This document shows, piece after piece, positions 36,273 through 44,413 of a DNA stretch of 50,300 bases. The translations under genes were made by a program, and so were the position numbers. Origin of the DNA: a virus (Duplodnaviria; Caudoviricetes); the IMG/VR virus record IMGVR_UViG_3300006121_000011, positions 1 to 50,300 of that record. One strand, written 5' to 3'. Position 1 is the first letter of the stretch. The number at the start of each line of letters is the position of its first letter. The notes below the pieces were generated by a model. It searched no databases, was not told where the DNA came from, and worked only from the letters and a program-made list of their open reading frames with translations.

Positions 36273-36466
36273 CTCTTTTTTACAAAAGTTAAATTTTGTT
36301 CTTGTTCCAAGGCGGCTTGCTGTAAATTAATTGATAAAACACGCATAGCCGTCGGCGACATAGGTTTTTCGTAACAAACGGGATCGCCACCGTCCGTAAC
36401 AACGGTTATTCTTAACTTTCCCGCCATGGCGTGAAGAAGTAGCCGGTCGCCGTTAATCATCGTCAT
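36269..36466 (-). CDS. Hypothetical protein
   Basis: Start revised to MTMING, overlapping the end of the upstream gene. Confidence 0.55.
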   Translation of the reverse strand: MTMINGDRLLLHAMAGKLRITVVTDGGDPVCYEKPMSPTAMRVLSINLQQAALEQEQNLTFVKKS

Positions 36467-36659
36467 CTTCCATGCTTTCAAATTTACTTCTTGCCCCGCC
36501 TGTGGCTTGGCCGTGGCGTATCCATTGTTGGTATATTTTTCCATTAACAATTTTAGAATTAACTGTATGCACTAAATGACAGTCGCAACACATGTGGGAA
36601 AAATTGTTTCTGCGAACATGAAACCATTGGCCATCTACTACTTGTTCGTATTCGCTCAT
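36453..36659 (-). CDS. Small CCDCxLVH metal-binding protein
   Basis: ATGA overlap with the phosphoesterase stop; HMCCDCHLVH. Confidence 0.7.
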   Translation of the reverse strand: MSEYEQVVDGQWFHVRRNNFSHMCCDCHLVHTVNSKIVNGKIYQQWIRHGQATGGARSKFESMEDDDD

Positions 36660-37627
36660 GCGTAATACACCTTGCCACGGAATTGAAACCTTTTCTTGTC
36701 CATCACATGGACAATTTCTGGCCAAAGCAATTCGCCATTTTCAAAAGTTAGGACGACAAATCCAGAACGCCAATTCAAAGGGCCATCTTCTGTGTAATCT
36801 AAAAATTGATCCGATGTAGGGCCCTCTTGCGCTGTGTAAACTGGAGCCAAAGTTCCGCAATCGATCCCGTAACGTGTTCCATTGTAATCGCTATAGGGCG
36901 TAACCTTCAAACTGTGAAGGTGGCCGGTAACCATAGATTTGCCGCCGGACAATGTATTATTGTGCGTTGCGTGAAGACCCCCTTTATAACGATGTTTGAC
37001 AACGACATCGTTATTAATCCAAGCCGACCAAGCATTTTCCCATTTTGGAAAATGATCCTTCAAATGTATGCCGTGAATTTTTGCGTATTGCGGGGCTACT
37101 GTAGCAAGTCGCGTCTCAAAACGAGCATCATGATTCCCCAGCGTCCATATTCTGCGTGCCTTTGGGCAGGCCAGTTCTATATCTTCCAGTCTTGCCTTAC
37201 ATTCCTCTATTTCATCAACTAAATCAGGTTTCTTTTCCCAACCTATCGGGGGATGTCTAGAAATACCCGCGCCGTCCAAAACATCGCCGTTCATAATAAT
37301 AAGGCTAGGGTTTAATTCCCTAGCCATTTTGACAAACGCTTTATGAGCCGTACTTACATTATTAGGCCAATAATGAGCATCTGACCCAATTAAAACAATT
37401 CCGTTTTTTATCTCACAATTTATCCTTGCGGAACTTTTTGTCTTGTCAATAATTGGGTTTGAATTTGAATTTTCTAAAATGCCGTATTCAACTGCTTTTT
37501 CTAATCTTCCTGAAAAAGTGCGTTCTGGCAACCCAAGTTGTAAAGCTGATTTTTTTCTTGAAAAATTGTTTAACTTCCATATTTCTACGGCTTCTTGTGC
37601 TTCTATTAAGGATACTTTTTTTGCCAT
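36656..37627 (-). CDS. Calcineurin-like metallophosphoesterase with N-terminal HTH-like segment
   Basis: SDAH, NGDVLD, GNHD, KH, GHLH; N-terminal SRKKSALQLGLPERTF. Confidence 0.88.
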   Translation of the reverse strand: MAKKVSLIEAQEAVEIWKLNNFSRKKSALQLGLPERTFSGRLEKAVEYGILENSNSNPIIDKTKSSARINCEIKNGIVLIGSDAHYWPNNVSTAHKAFVKMARELNPSLIIMNGDVLDGAGISRHPPIGWEKKPDLVDEIEECKARLEDIELACPKARRIWTLGNHDARFETRLATVAPQYAKIHGIHLKDHFPKWENAWSAWINNDVVVKHRYKGGLHATHNNTLSGGKSMVTGHLHSLKVTPYSDYNGTRYGIDCGTLAPVYTAQEGPTSDQFLDYTEDGPLNWRSGFVVLTFENGELLWPEIVHVMDKKRFQFRGKVYYA

Positions 37628-37662
37628 AGAAATTTCCCTTAAAATTTATATAAACACCCTAC

Positions 37663-37691
37663 TGGACTTTTTTATTTTTTTCAATTAGATT
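37663..37691 (+). promoter_or_regulatory. Promoter candidate
   Basis: TGGACT-N17-TAGATT upstream of 37725. Confidence 0.4.
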
Positions 37692-37724
37692 ATAGTTAAC
37701 ATTACAAAATAAAAAGGGGATAAA

Positions 37725-37916
37725 ATGAACAGCATTGTCGCACGTTTTGAAGCATTGGCTATAAAATTTGGCACTCAAATGCACACTATGATTGATGCTT
37801 TTGAATTGTTTTTGGAAAAAGAATTGGCACCGGCTGCACCGGAGCCAGCGAATGATACTGTTGTTGCGCCAACTGTTGTGACGATTGCGCCATCAACAGA
37901 AGCGCCGAAGGAATAA
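37725..37916 (+). CDS. Small protein with Pro/Ala/Thr-rich tail
   Basis: AAGGGGA SD; lone plus-strand gene in a minus-strand block. Confidence 0.7.
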   Translation: MNSIVARFEALAIKFGTQMHTMIDAFELFLEKELAPAAPEPANDTVVAPTVVTIAPSTEAPKE

Positions 37917-37922
37917 GAATTA

Positions 37923-38086
37923 CCCTGCTGGATGCGCCACCAACGGGCATCTTAAGAGTCTGGCAGGGCGTTGGGGGTCGTTGTCCGTACCTTTTGTTAT
38001 AAACGGCTACCGCGCAACCTGTGGAGTAATGCTAGCTGCTTGTACGGACGGCATTAAGTGGTTGGGTGTCAGCGGCTACGCTGTTT
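37923..38086 (+). ncRNA. Candidate highly structured RNA with possible pseudoknots
   Basis: Six stems with multiple G-U pairs that work only on the plus strand; loop-downstream complementarities; terminal hairpin plus TTT. Confidence 0.65.
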
Positions 38087-38291
38087 AATGTTTAGTCGGA
38101 GTTTCCGACATCATTTTAATCAATTCTTGCTGTATTTTAATTGCAGACGCAATAACATGAATTGATTTTTTGTGAACCTCAATAGCTTCTGCCAAAATTT
38201 TGTCGGCCAAAATATATAAATCTAGCTGTTGATTAAGTAAATAATCTGGTTGCGAGGGCGGAAATTTATAGATAATAGCCATTATTGACAC
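38085..38291 (-). CDS. Hypothetical protein
   Basis: Follows Rz1; likely start at TAATG (about 38282). Confidence 0.5.
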   Translation of the reverse strand: MSIMAIIYKFPPSQPDYLLNQQLDLYILADKILAEAIEVHKKSIHVIASAIKIQQELIKMMSETPTKH

Positions 38292-38515
38292 GCCTTATTC
38301 GCGGCAACCAATTTTGTTTCATAAGATTGGCGCATTTTGTTTTCAACTACCAATGCCTTAACCTTGTCAAACAAACTATCCGATAATGCCAATCGTTTTG
38401 TGGGAAAGAAAGGCGGTTTTACTTCTTGCACTTTGCACGTTATCGGCGTGGGAACATATATTTTTTCAGATTCCGCGCATCCCGCTAATACCAATAAGAG
38501 CAATAAACGTTTCAT
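38282..38515 (-). CDS. Rz1: Outer-membrane spanin (Rz1-like lipoprotein)
   Basis: MKRLLLLLVLAGC lipobox, Pro-rich, C-terminal Cys; ATGA overlap with Rz. Confidence 0.8.
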   Translation of the reverse strand: MKRLLLLLVLAGCAESEKIYVPTPITCKVQEVKPPFFPTKRLALSDSLFDKVKALVVENKMRQSYETKLVAANKACQ

Positions 38516-38847
38516 TTCCGCACCACGTTCTGATTAATGAAATCATGCGCCGCCTTGCAATCATCGGAATTATCGGGTTTTGATTGTAAGAGCGTGGCGT
38601 TTTGTGCGTCCATCTTGTTAGCCATTTCCGTAGCGGCTTTTAAGAGCGCATTAGCGCGGTTTTCGCGCTCTTGAGAGGCTTGGGCTTCTGCGTAATAATT
38701 CTTATTGGCGATCTGACAGGCTTGATAATCAACTTGTATGTTGGCCAAATCACCCTGTATTTGCGCCTTGCTAATCACCAAATAGCCGATAAGGGCAATA
38801 ACCAGCAGGATAACGGCCAATTTTACTGTGTTAAGGAAGTATTCCAT
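38512..38847 (-). CDS. Rz: Inner-membrane spanin (Rz-like)
   Basis: N-terminal TM helix, coiled coil, Cys; between lysozyme and lipoprotein. Confidence 0.8.
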   Translation of the reverse strand: MEYFLNTVKLAVILLVIALIGYLVISKAQIQGDLANIQVDYQACQIANKNYYAEAQASQERENRANALLKAATEMANKMDAQNATLLQSKPDNSDDCKAAHDFINQNVVRK

Positions 38848-39263
38848 AAATCACACTCCGCTTGTCTACGTCTGGTTAAACCCATTTCGACCTGACCGTT
38901 GGCCTTGTTCCATTGTATCAAATGTTTGGGAACATCGCCATATTTGCTTTCGTTAAGAACGGTTAAAAGGCCGGAGCCAGCAAAATGCCCCTCGCCCACA
39001 TTAAAGACAAAACTAATAAGGGCAGATAATTGATTGTCATTTAACGGCACTTTAACATGGCGCAAAACTGCGTCCATGGCCTTTTGAGCGTCCAAATTTA
39101 ACAAATAATCGGCTTGGGACAATGTAATTTCCAAGCCTTCGGCAACATCAAGACCGGTATGGCCGAATCCATAAGTCAAAACACCAGCGCCATCACGATA
39201 TGCTTTTAGCCGCAATCCTTCAAATTTTTGTATAATAGCAATTGCTTGTGCGGGTACTGACAC
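38823..39263 (-). CDS. Endolysin, GH24 lysozyme
   Basis: FEGLRLKAYRDGAGVLTYGFGHT (E-D-T triad), ALISFVFNVG, GLTRRRQAE; GTG start at 39263 after GGGAG. Confidence 0.93.
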   Translation of the reverse strand: MSVPAQAIAIIQKFEGLRLKAYRDGAGVLTYGFGHTGLDVAEGLEITLSQADYLLNLDAQKAMDAVLRHVKVPLNDNQLSALISFVFNVGEGHFAGSGLLTVLNESKYGDVPKHLIQWNKANGQVEMGLTRRRQAECDLWNTSLTQ

Positions 39264-39264
39264 G

Positions 39265-39765
39265 TTAAACTCCCAACAATAATGCGCCAAGCAGGCATTC
39301 AGCGGGGGCGGTATGCGTCCCATCCAAAAATCCCCCCCATAATGTATATCCTTGGGGATAGAACTTTTTGCATAAATAATAGGCTGTGGCGATAAAAACG
39401 CCATTAAAGCTGTATAAGCTATAAAGATAGTCGCCAGTCCAATAAATAAGCCCCACAGAAGCCGCAATCGTAAAAGCCACATAACTGTTCCCCATCACTG
39501 CAAAGCAAGCCAGCAACGTTCTGGCGGGGTTGTCCCCCATGCCTTGCCCCCAGCTATGCAGCGGATTGTTAAAAGCAGTGCCAATAATTAATCCAAACAT
39601 TACGGAAGCGTAAAGATTACCAGTTTGAAAGTAAGCGGATAAAAAAGCAAGTGGATAGGCCAAAATGATTTTGGCAAAATGATTGGGATTTAACCATCCC
39701 CCCCACCAACGACGAAAAAAAACGCCAATAATAATTTGTAATAGAAATATCAAGGTTTTTTCCAA
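39265..39765 (-). CDS. Multi-pass membrane protein in the lysis cassette
   Basis: Several hydrophobic segments, RRWWGGW motif; start uncertain. Confidence 0.65.
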   Translation of the reverse strand: MEKTLIFLLQIIIGVFFRRWWGGWLNPNHFAKIILAYPLAFLSAYFQTGNLYASVMFGLIIGTAFNNPLHSWGQGMGDNPARTLLACFAVMGNSYVAFTIAASVGLIYWTGDYLYSLYSFNGVFIATAYYLCKKFYPQGYTLWGGFLDGTHTAPAECLLGALLLGV

Positions 39766-39932
39766 TCCCGAATTGCCAATAAAAGGCGGAAAAACACCAG
39801 AAATACACCAAGAACCGCTGTTACACAACCCGCAATAACACTAAGTTGATAAATCCATAAAGGCACAACTACCGAACTAACGGCAATTCCGGCGTCAACC
39901 AAAACGTGCAAGGGGGGATTATTATCATTCAT
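39750..39932 (-). CDS. Putative holin (small, 2 TM)
   Basis: 60 aa, two hydrophobic segments, basic C-terminus RDWKKP. Confidence 0.6.
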   Translation of the reverse strand: MNDNNPPLHVLVDAGIAVSSVVVPLWIYQLSVIAGCVTAVLGVFLVFFRLLLAIRDWKKP

Positions 39933-40264
39933 AGTACATTCTCCGTGATTTTAATGTCTGGTTGTTTGCCTTTAGTTATGTTTTCTGTCTCCGAAGAAGC
40001 GCCATCGGGTTCGGTCGTGCGTTTGAAATAAATGGATGCTGAGCCACTTGTGAGCAAAGCGGCGACTCCTCCAACATAAGTCAAAACAGCAACAAGAAAA
40101 TCTTGGATTGGAAATGGCTTGCCGGTCAAGTAACCATAAACATACATGGCTACAGCAAGAACAAGAACAATCACTAATATAACCGCATTAACAACCATAA
40201 TGACGCGAGCTATATCGTGCGTTTGATTGTCTTTGCCTGTTGTTATATCGGTTAAGAGTTTCAT
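39929..40264 (-). CDS. Holin-like 2-TM membrane protein
   Basis: TGKDNQTHDIARV followed by two TM helices and KRTTEP. Confidence 0.6.
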   Translation of the reverse strand: MKLLTDITTGKDNQTHDIARVIMVVNAVILVIVLVLAVAMYVYGYLTGKPFPIQDFLVAVLTYVGGVAALLTSGSASIYFKRTTEPDGASSETENITKGKQPDIKITENVL

Positions 40265-40265
40265 G

Positions 40266-41528
40266 TTACTTTTTTTCCAAAACAGAAATTCTTGCTCTTA
40301 ATGATTGTATTTCGGCTACCAAATACGGAACTAATTTGGAATTATCGACACTCCATTGTTTTTGAACTTTTCCATTACCATCAACGGAACCATTGTCGCC
40401 GACTGTTACGGCTTCCGGCAATATTGCATATAAATCTTGTGCAAGAAATCCTACGCCAGACGGCGTACCATCAAGATATTGCCAATTATAAGTTACTGGC
40501 GATAAAGCATCTATAATTGTCCCAGAATTACCAATAGCTTGTACATTATTTTTTAAGCGTTTATCGGAAGATGTATTGTATGATGTTGCTGTAGCTGATA
40601 CGGCGATAGAACCAACTTGAGTTGAGAAGGCTCCCCCAGTAAAGAAAATAGCCGCTAAATAGGTAGCAGTACCGCTAACATTGCTTGTTTCCAACAAATT
40701 GCCGGAATTTGTACAAGTCATTTGAACAATGTTATTACCAAAAATGGATACATTTTGTGCTGAACCTAATGTTAATGCACCACTAGTGGTGGCTTTAATA
40801 AAAGTTGCAGAACCGACATTGTCCAACAAAGAAAAAGTGTTGTCTGCATTTTTAGCAAGTTGCCATTTCAAGGAACCAGCATCAAGAAAAGAAACAACAT
40901 CGCTGTTGCCGCCAGCGGCATTGTCTATAACAATCGTTGATGGATTTGATCCAGTGCTTCCAAAATACGCTTGTTGCTGACCAGCTTGCGTGGCGCGAAG
41001 AACGTAAGAACCTCCGGCATTAGAGGCTGTTATTCCAGATGTTGCGGCGAGAGAAGTGGAACTGATGCCGCCATTGGCGTACATAGTTCCATTTGATGTT
41101 ATTGTACCAGAAACCGTCAAAGATGTGGCGGAAGTTTTTGTGCTTACCGCCGTTACAGTGTCTGGGTTTACAAAAATTGTATCAGTATATCCTTGAGGAA
41201 CGACCACACCCGTTCCGCCAGTTGGCGCAATCGTTAATGTATAAGAACCTGATGTATTGTTATAAATAATATAAGAGCCGCCAGCCGTAGCCGGAAAATA
41301 GACCGTACTATTTGCCGTTAAAGTTCCAGTAAATGTATAATAAAGATTTTGTGCTTGCGTCGAAGTCAAAGTTGTCGTTGTTGCCGACAAAGACAAAGAA
41401 AGGCGACCGCCTAAATTTGTATCAATTAAAGTAAAACAATTTGTGTTTAATGTGCTTCCCCAAGTATTTGAATTGTCTCCGGTTCCCTGCAAAGCATATT
41501 GTTTGTTATTTGTATATGTGGTCGTCAT
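40266..41528 (-). CDS. Tail fibre with C-terminal peptidase S74 intramolecular chaperone
   Basis: N-terminal GDNSNTWG..LN; SSDKRLKNNV, GFLAQD..PEAV, VDNSKLVPYLVAEIQSL. Confidence 0.88.
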   Translation of the reverse strand: MTTTYTNNKQYALQGTGDNSNTWGSTLNTNCFTLIDTNLGGRLSLSLSATTTTLTSTQAQNLYYTFTGTLTANSTVYFPATAGGSYIIYNNTSGSYTLTIAPTGGTGVVVPQGYTDTIFVNPDTVTAVSTKTSATSLTVSGTITSNGTMYANGGISSTSLAATSGITASNAGGSYVLRATQAGQQQAYFGSTGSNPSTIVIDNAAGGNSDVVSFLDAGSLKWQLAKNADNTFSLLDNVGSATFIKATTSGALTLGSAQNVSIFGNNIVQMTCTNSGNLLETSNVSGTATYLAAIFFTGGAFSTQVGSIAVSATATSYNTSSDKRLKNNVQAIGNSGTIIDALSPVTYNWQYLDGTPSGVGFLAQDLYAILPEAVTVGDNGSVDGNGKVQKQWSVDNSKLVPYLVAEIQSLRARISVLEKK

Positions 41529-44413
41529 CTATTTTTTTCCTCTGATTGATATATTGACATTGCCGGAACATTAGACAATATTTTTTGTGAAAGTTTTCGA
41601 GCAACGGAAACGGGTATATCTTGTTCTTTTGCGTATTTTTGAAACAATTCTGGATAATTTCCGGGATTTAACATAATTTCACGTTCAAATTGTTTAATGT
41701 TCTTATATCCTGCACTTTTTATGCTACGACCAACAAGAATGGTGCCAGCGGCTATCTTGCCAACAAGAGGAACATGGGATAATGCGTGAACTGCGCCACC
41801 CCCGGCAACAATTTCCCCAACATCACCAAATTTGTCATGCAGTTTACCAAAAATTGATTGTTTAGGCGATGTTTTTGTTTTTAATTCACCTAATGATCCA
41901 ACACCATTTTTTGCATCTGACATTTTAATTCTTGCAATACGCACAATGTCATTAAATGTTTTTTCGTCACCCAAAAGACGAGTAATAGTTTGTTTATTTT
42001 TTTGCAAATAATTCAACATTTCTGTTGCATTTTTGGGATCACTGCCAAATTTATTTTGCAAATGGTCAATAACTGCGGATTTTATGCCATTTTTGGCTTG
42101 TTCATCATTGCCAATTCTACGCATAACATCATTAGCATTTTTAATTCCATTTTCTTTTTCTATAATGGATTTAACTGCTTTTATTGGGTCGGCATTTTCA
42201 AGAAATTTAGAAGCTGACGACGCCAATAATTGTTTTTTTGAATTTTGCGCGTTTTCAGCTTGTTTACTTAATGTTTCAAAAGCATTGCTTGCATTATTTA
42301 ATTTTTCTTTTAATTCAGGCAATTTTGATAACGCGGATTCATGTTTTATTTGCCAACGCTGCAATCTATCTGCGTCACCATCATCGCCACGCAAAATGTT
42401 GTCAGAACGCAATTTATGAAGTGCCGAATCTTCAATTGCCTCACGCGGAACATTGGCACTAATCAAATTTTCTATATTTTGTCCGCCTTCTGTACCAGAT
42501 TTGAATAATTGCGCGCCCCTAGTAGCTTCAGATTTTGTATATTCGCCATTTTGTTTGGCAAAAGTATTACTTAAAATTTTAGGGTTATCAAATGTTTCCT
42601 TAAGGTTTACATTCGCTTGACGAGCTGTTTTGAATTGTTCGCCCGGAGAAACTCGTCCGCTATTCTCATTATTGCCAAATTGGATTCCTTCAACGCCCGT
42701 TGTTTCATTTGGGCTGCTAGATATTTTTGTAGGTGCGGTGGTATTTTGAGTTTGTCCATTTCTTGCTGTAATAGATTGTTCATTGGAAACTTGCCCTTCC
42801 GTATGATTTGAATATAAATCAGTCAACCAATTTTTAATGGTTTGATGCACAGGGTCTTGATTTTGATCTATAGCATTATTAATGGCAGATTCAACGCTAT
42901 TTTTTAATTGATAGAGGCGTTCTACTGGAGGAGATTTTGCATTAAACCCAGATGCTTTTATTGCATCAGAAATTGCAGAATTAACAGATTTATGAGCGTC
43001 AATTAAAAAACCAAAAGGCACATTTGTATTTGGAAGATTTTTTGCTTTTGTGTATATTTCATTTTCAATTTTTAGAGCACTTTCATTGCCGTTATATAAA
43101 CCCGAATTGCTTTTTTCAGCGAGATTTTTAGCTACAGAAGGAATATCGCCAACATTTACCATTTGTGGGCGCAGGGGATCAAGGGCGGCATAAGCATTAT
43201 CGCGTTGTTTAACGGCTTCGTTGCGAGCCTGTTCGTAACTTTCGGTAGCTTGTATTCCAGCATCTTCTAAAGATTGATTGGGCAATAAACGCGACTTAAT
43301 TGCGTTTTGTCCGGCTTCTGCCGCCCTTTGTTGTTCATTGATTGCATTAAGATGTGAAGTAAATAATTGACCGACGTCTTCCTGATTTCCATTATTTTTT
43401 ATTGAATCAACAAATTGATTGATTGCGTCATTTCTAGCATTATTCATAGTTTGAACGCGCTCTACAAAAGCAGGATCGCCAATTTTCTTAGCTTCTTGTA
43501 ATGTTTGATTTTGATAATTTGCCAATCTTTGATCGGCAGGAACCATTTCCGCAGCAGTTGGATTAACTTGTGGGGCAATAGGCGAAGATTCGCCTGATGG
43601 ATTTTGATTTGCTGCCGATATTTGAGCTTGTTGTGCTAATTCTTGAGGATTGCTTGTATTAGCCATTACATTTTTAATAGCAGCTTGTTTTTGCCCAGTT
43701 TCAGTAATTGGCCCAATCGGTGATTTAATTTTTGATGCGCCCTGTACGGCCATTTCCGGCGTAGCGGCACCGACTAATCCACCAGCCAATTGTCCTATTG
43801 GCCCCCATCCCAATTGGTTGGCTGCTTCAGTTCCAGCAGCCGCGCCTAATGAAGTTGGAATCGTTTTTAAGGAATTTAATGCGGTTTCTGAAGCTGTGCC
43901 AGCAATTTTTGTGCCGCCTGCCGCGCCCATGCCAACAAATTGTTCTCCAACATTTGCTAAATTACCGCCCAACGTTTCTGGTTGGCGTGCGATATATTTT
44001 GTTGTTCCGGTATCTTCACCAATTTTTGATAAAAGTTCGCCAGATGTAGATGGCATATTGGGCAATGGATTAGATTTTCCAGTTGCCATTGAATATGCTT
44101 CACCGGGCAAATTCATAATTCCGGGCCATTGTGCATTACCGCCAGTTAAATAATTGCCTGCCTGTACTGCTATCCTTGCTCCCAAATCAAGGGTATTAGC
44201 TGGCAGCGTGGCCACACCGGCTAAAGTTTGAGCAGCAACAGTTGGCTGTTGTTTTATTATATCTTCATAAGTTGATATTTGTTGTTTTGGTTCTTGTTGG
44301 ATAACATTAGGTTGATTGGGGTCAGATTTATATTTCGACAACCAATTATTATCATCTTGCGGTTGTGGTGCAGCAGACGAAGTTCTGTAATTATCTAACC
44401 AATTATCAGTCAT
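41525..44413 (-). CDS. Large DNA-ejection/internal virion protein
   Basis: 962 aa, helical A/Q/N/K-rich with Gly-rich hydrophobic segments; last of the ejection cluster. Confidence 0.7.
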   Translation of the reverse strand: MTDNWLDNYRTSSAAPQPQDDNNWLSKYKSDPNQPNVIQQEPKQQISTYEDIIKQQPTVAAQTLAGVATLPANTLDLGARIAVQAGNYLTGGNAQWPGIMNLPGEAYSMATGKSNPLPNMPSTSGELLSKIGEDTGTTKYIARQPETLGGNLANVGEQFVGMGAAGGTKIAGTASETALNSLKTIPTSLGAAAGTEAANQLGWGPIGQLAGGLVGAATPEMAVQGASKIKSPIGPITETGQKQAAIKNVMANTSNPQELAQQAQISAANQNPSGESSPIAPQVNPTAAEMVPADQRLANYQNQTLQEAKKIGDPAFVERVQTMNNARNDAINQFVDSIKNNGNQEDVGQLFTSHLNAINEQQRAAEAGQNAIKSRLLPNQSLEDAGIQATESYEQARNEAVKQRDNAYAALDPLRPQMVNVGDIPSVAKNLAEKSNSGLYNGNESALKIENEIYTKAKNLPNTNVPFGFLIDAHKSVNSAISDAIKASGFNAKSPPVERLYQLKNSVESAINNAIDQNQDPVHQTIKNWLTDLYSNHTEGQVSNEQSITARNGQTQNTTAPTKISSSPNETTGVEGIQFGNNENSGRVSPGEQFKTARQANVNLKETFDNPKILSNTFAKQNGEYTKSEATRGAQLFKSGTEGGQNIENLISANVPREAIEDSALHKLRSDNILRGDDGDADRLQRWQIKHESALSKLPELKEKLNNASNAFETLSKQAENAQNSKKQLLASSASKFLENADPIKAVKSIIEKENGIKNANDVMRRIGNDEQAKNGIKSAVIDHLQNKFGSDPKNATEMLNYLQKNKQTITRLLGDEKTFNDIVRIARIKMSDAKNGVGSLGELKTKTSPKQSIFGKLHDKFGDVGEIVAGGGAVHALSHVPLVGKIAAGTILVGRSIKSAGYKNIKQFEREIMLNPGNYPELFQKYAKEQDIPVSVARKLSQKILSNVPAMSIYQSEEKNR

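Noticed and set aside
37885-38088. 67-aa ORF over the structured RNA
   Set aside because: TTG start inside the upstream gene with no SD; base-pairing explains the sequence better
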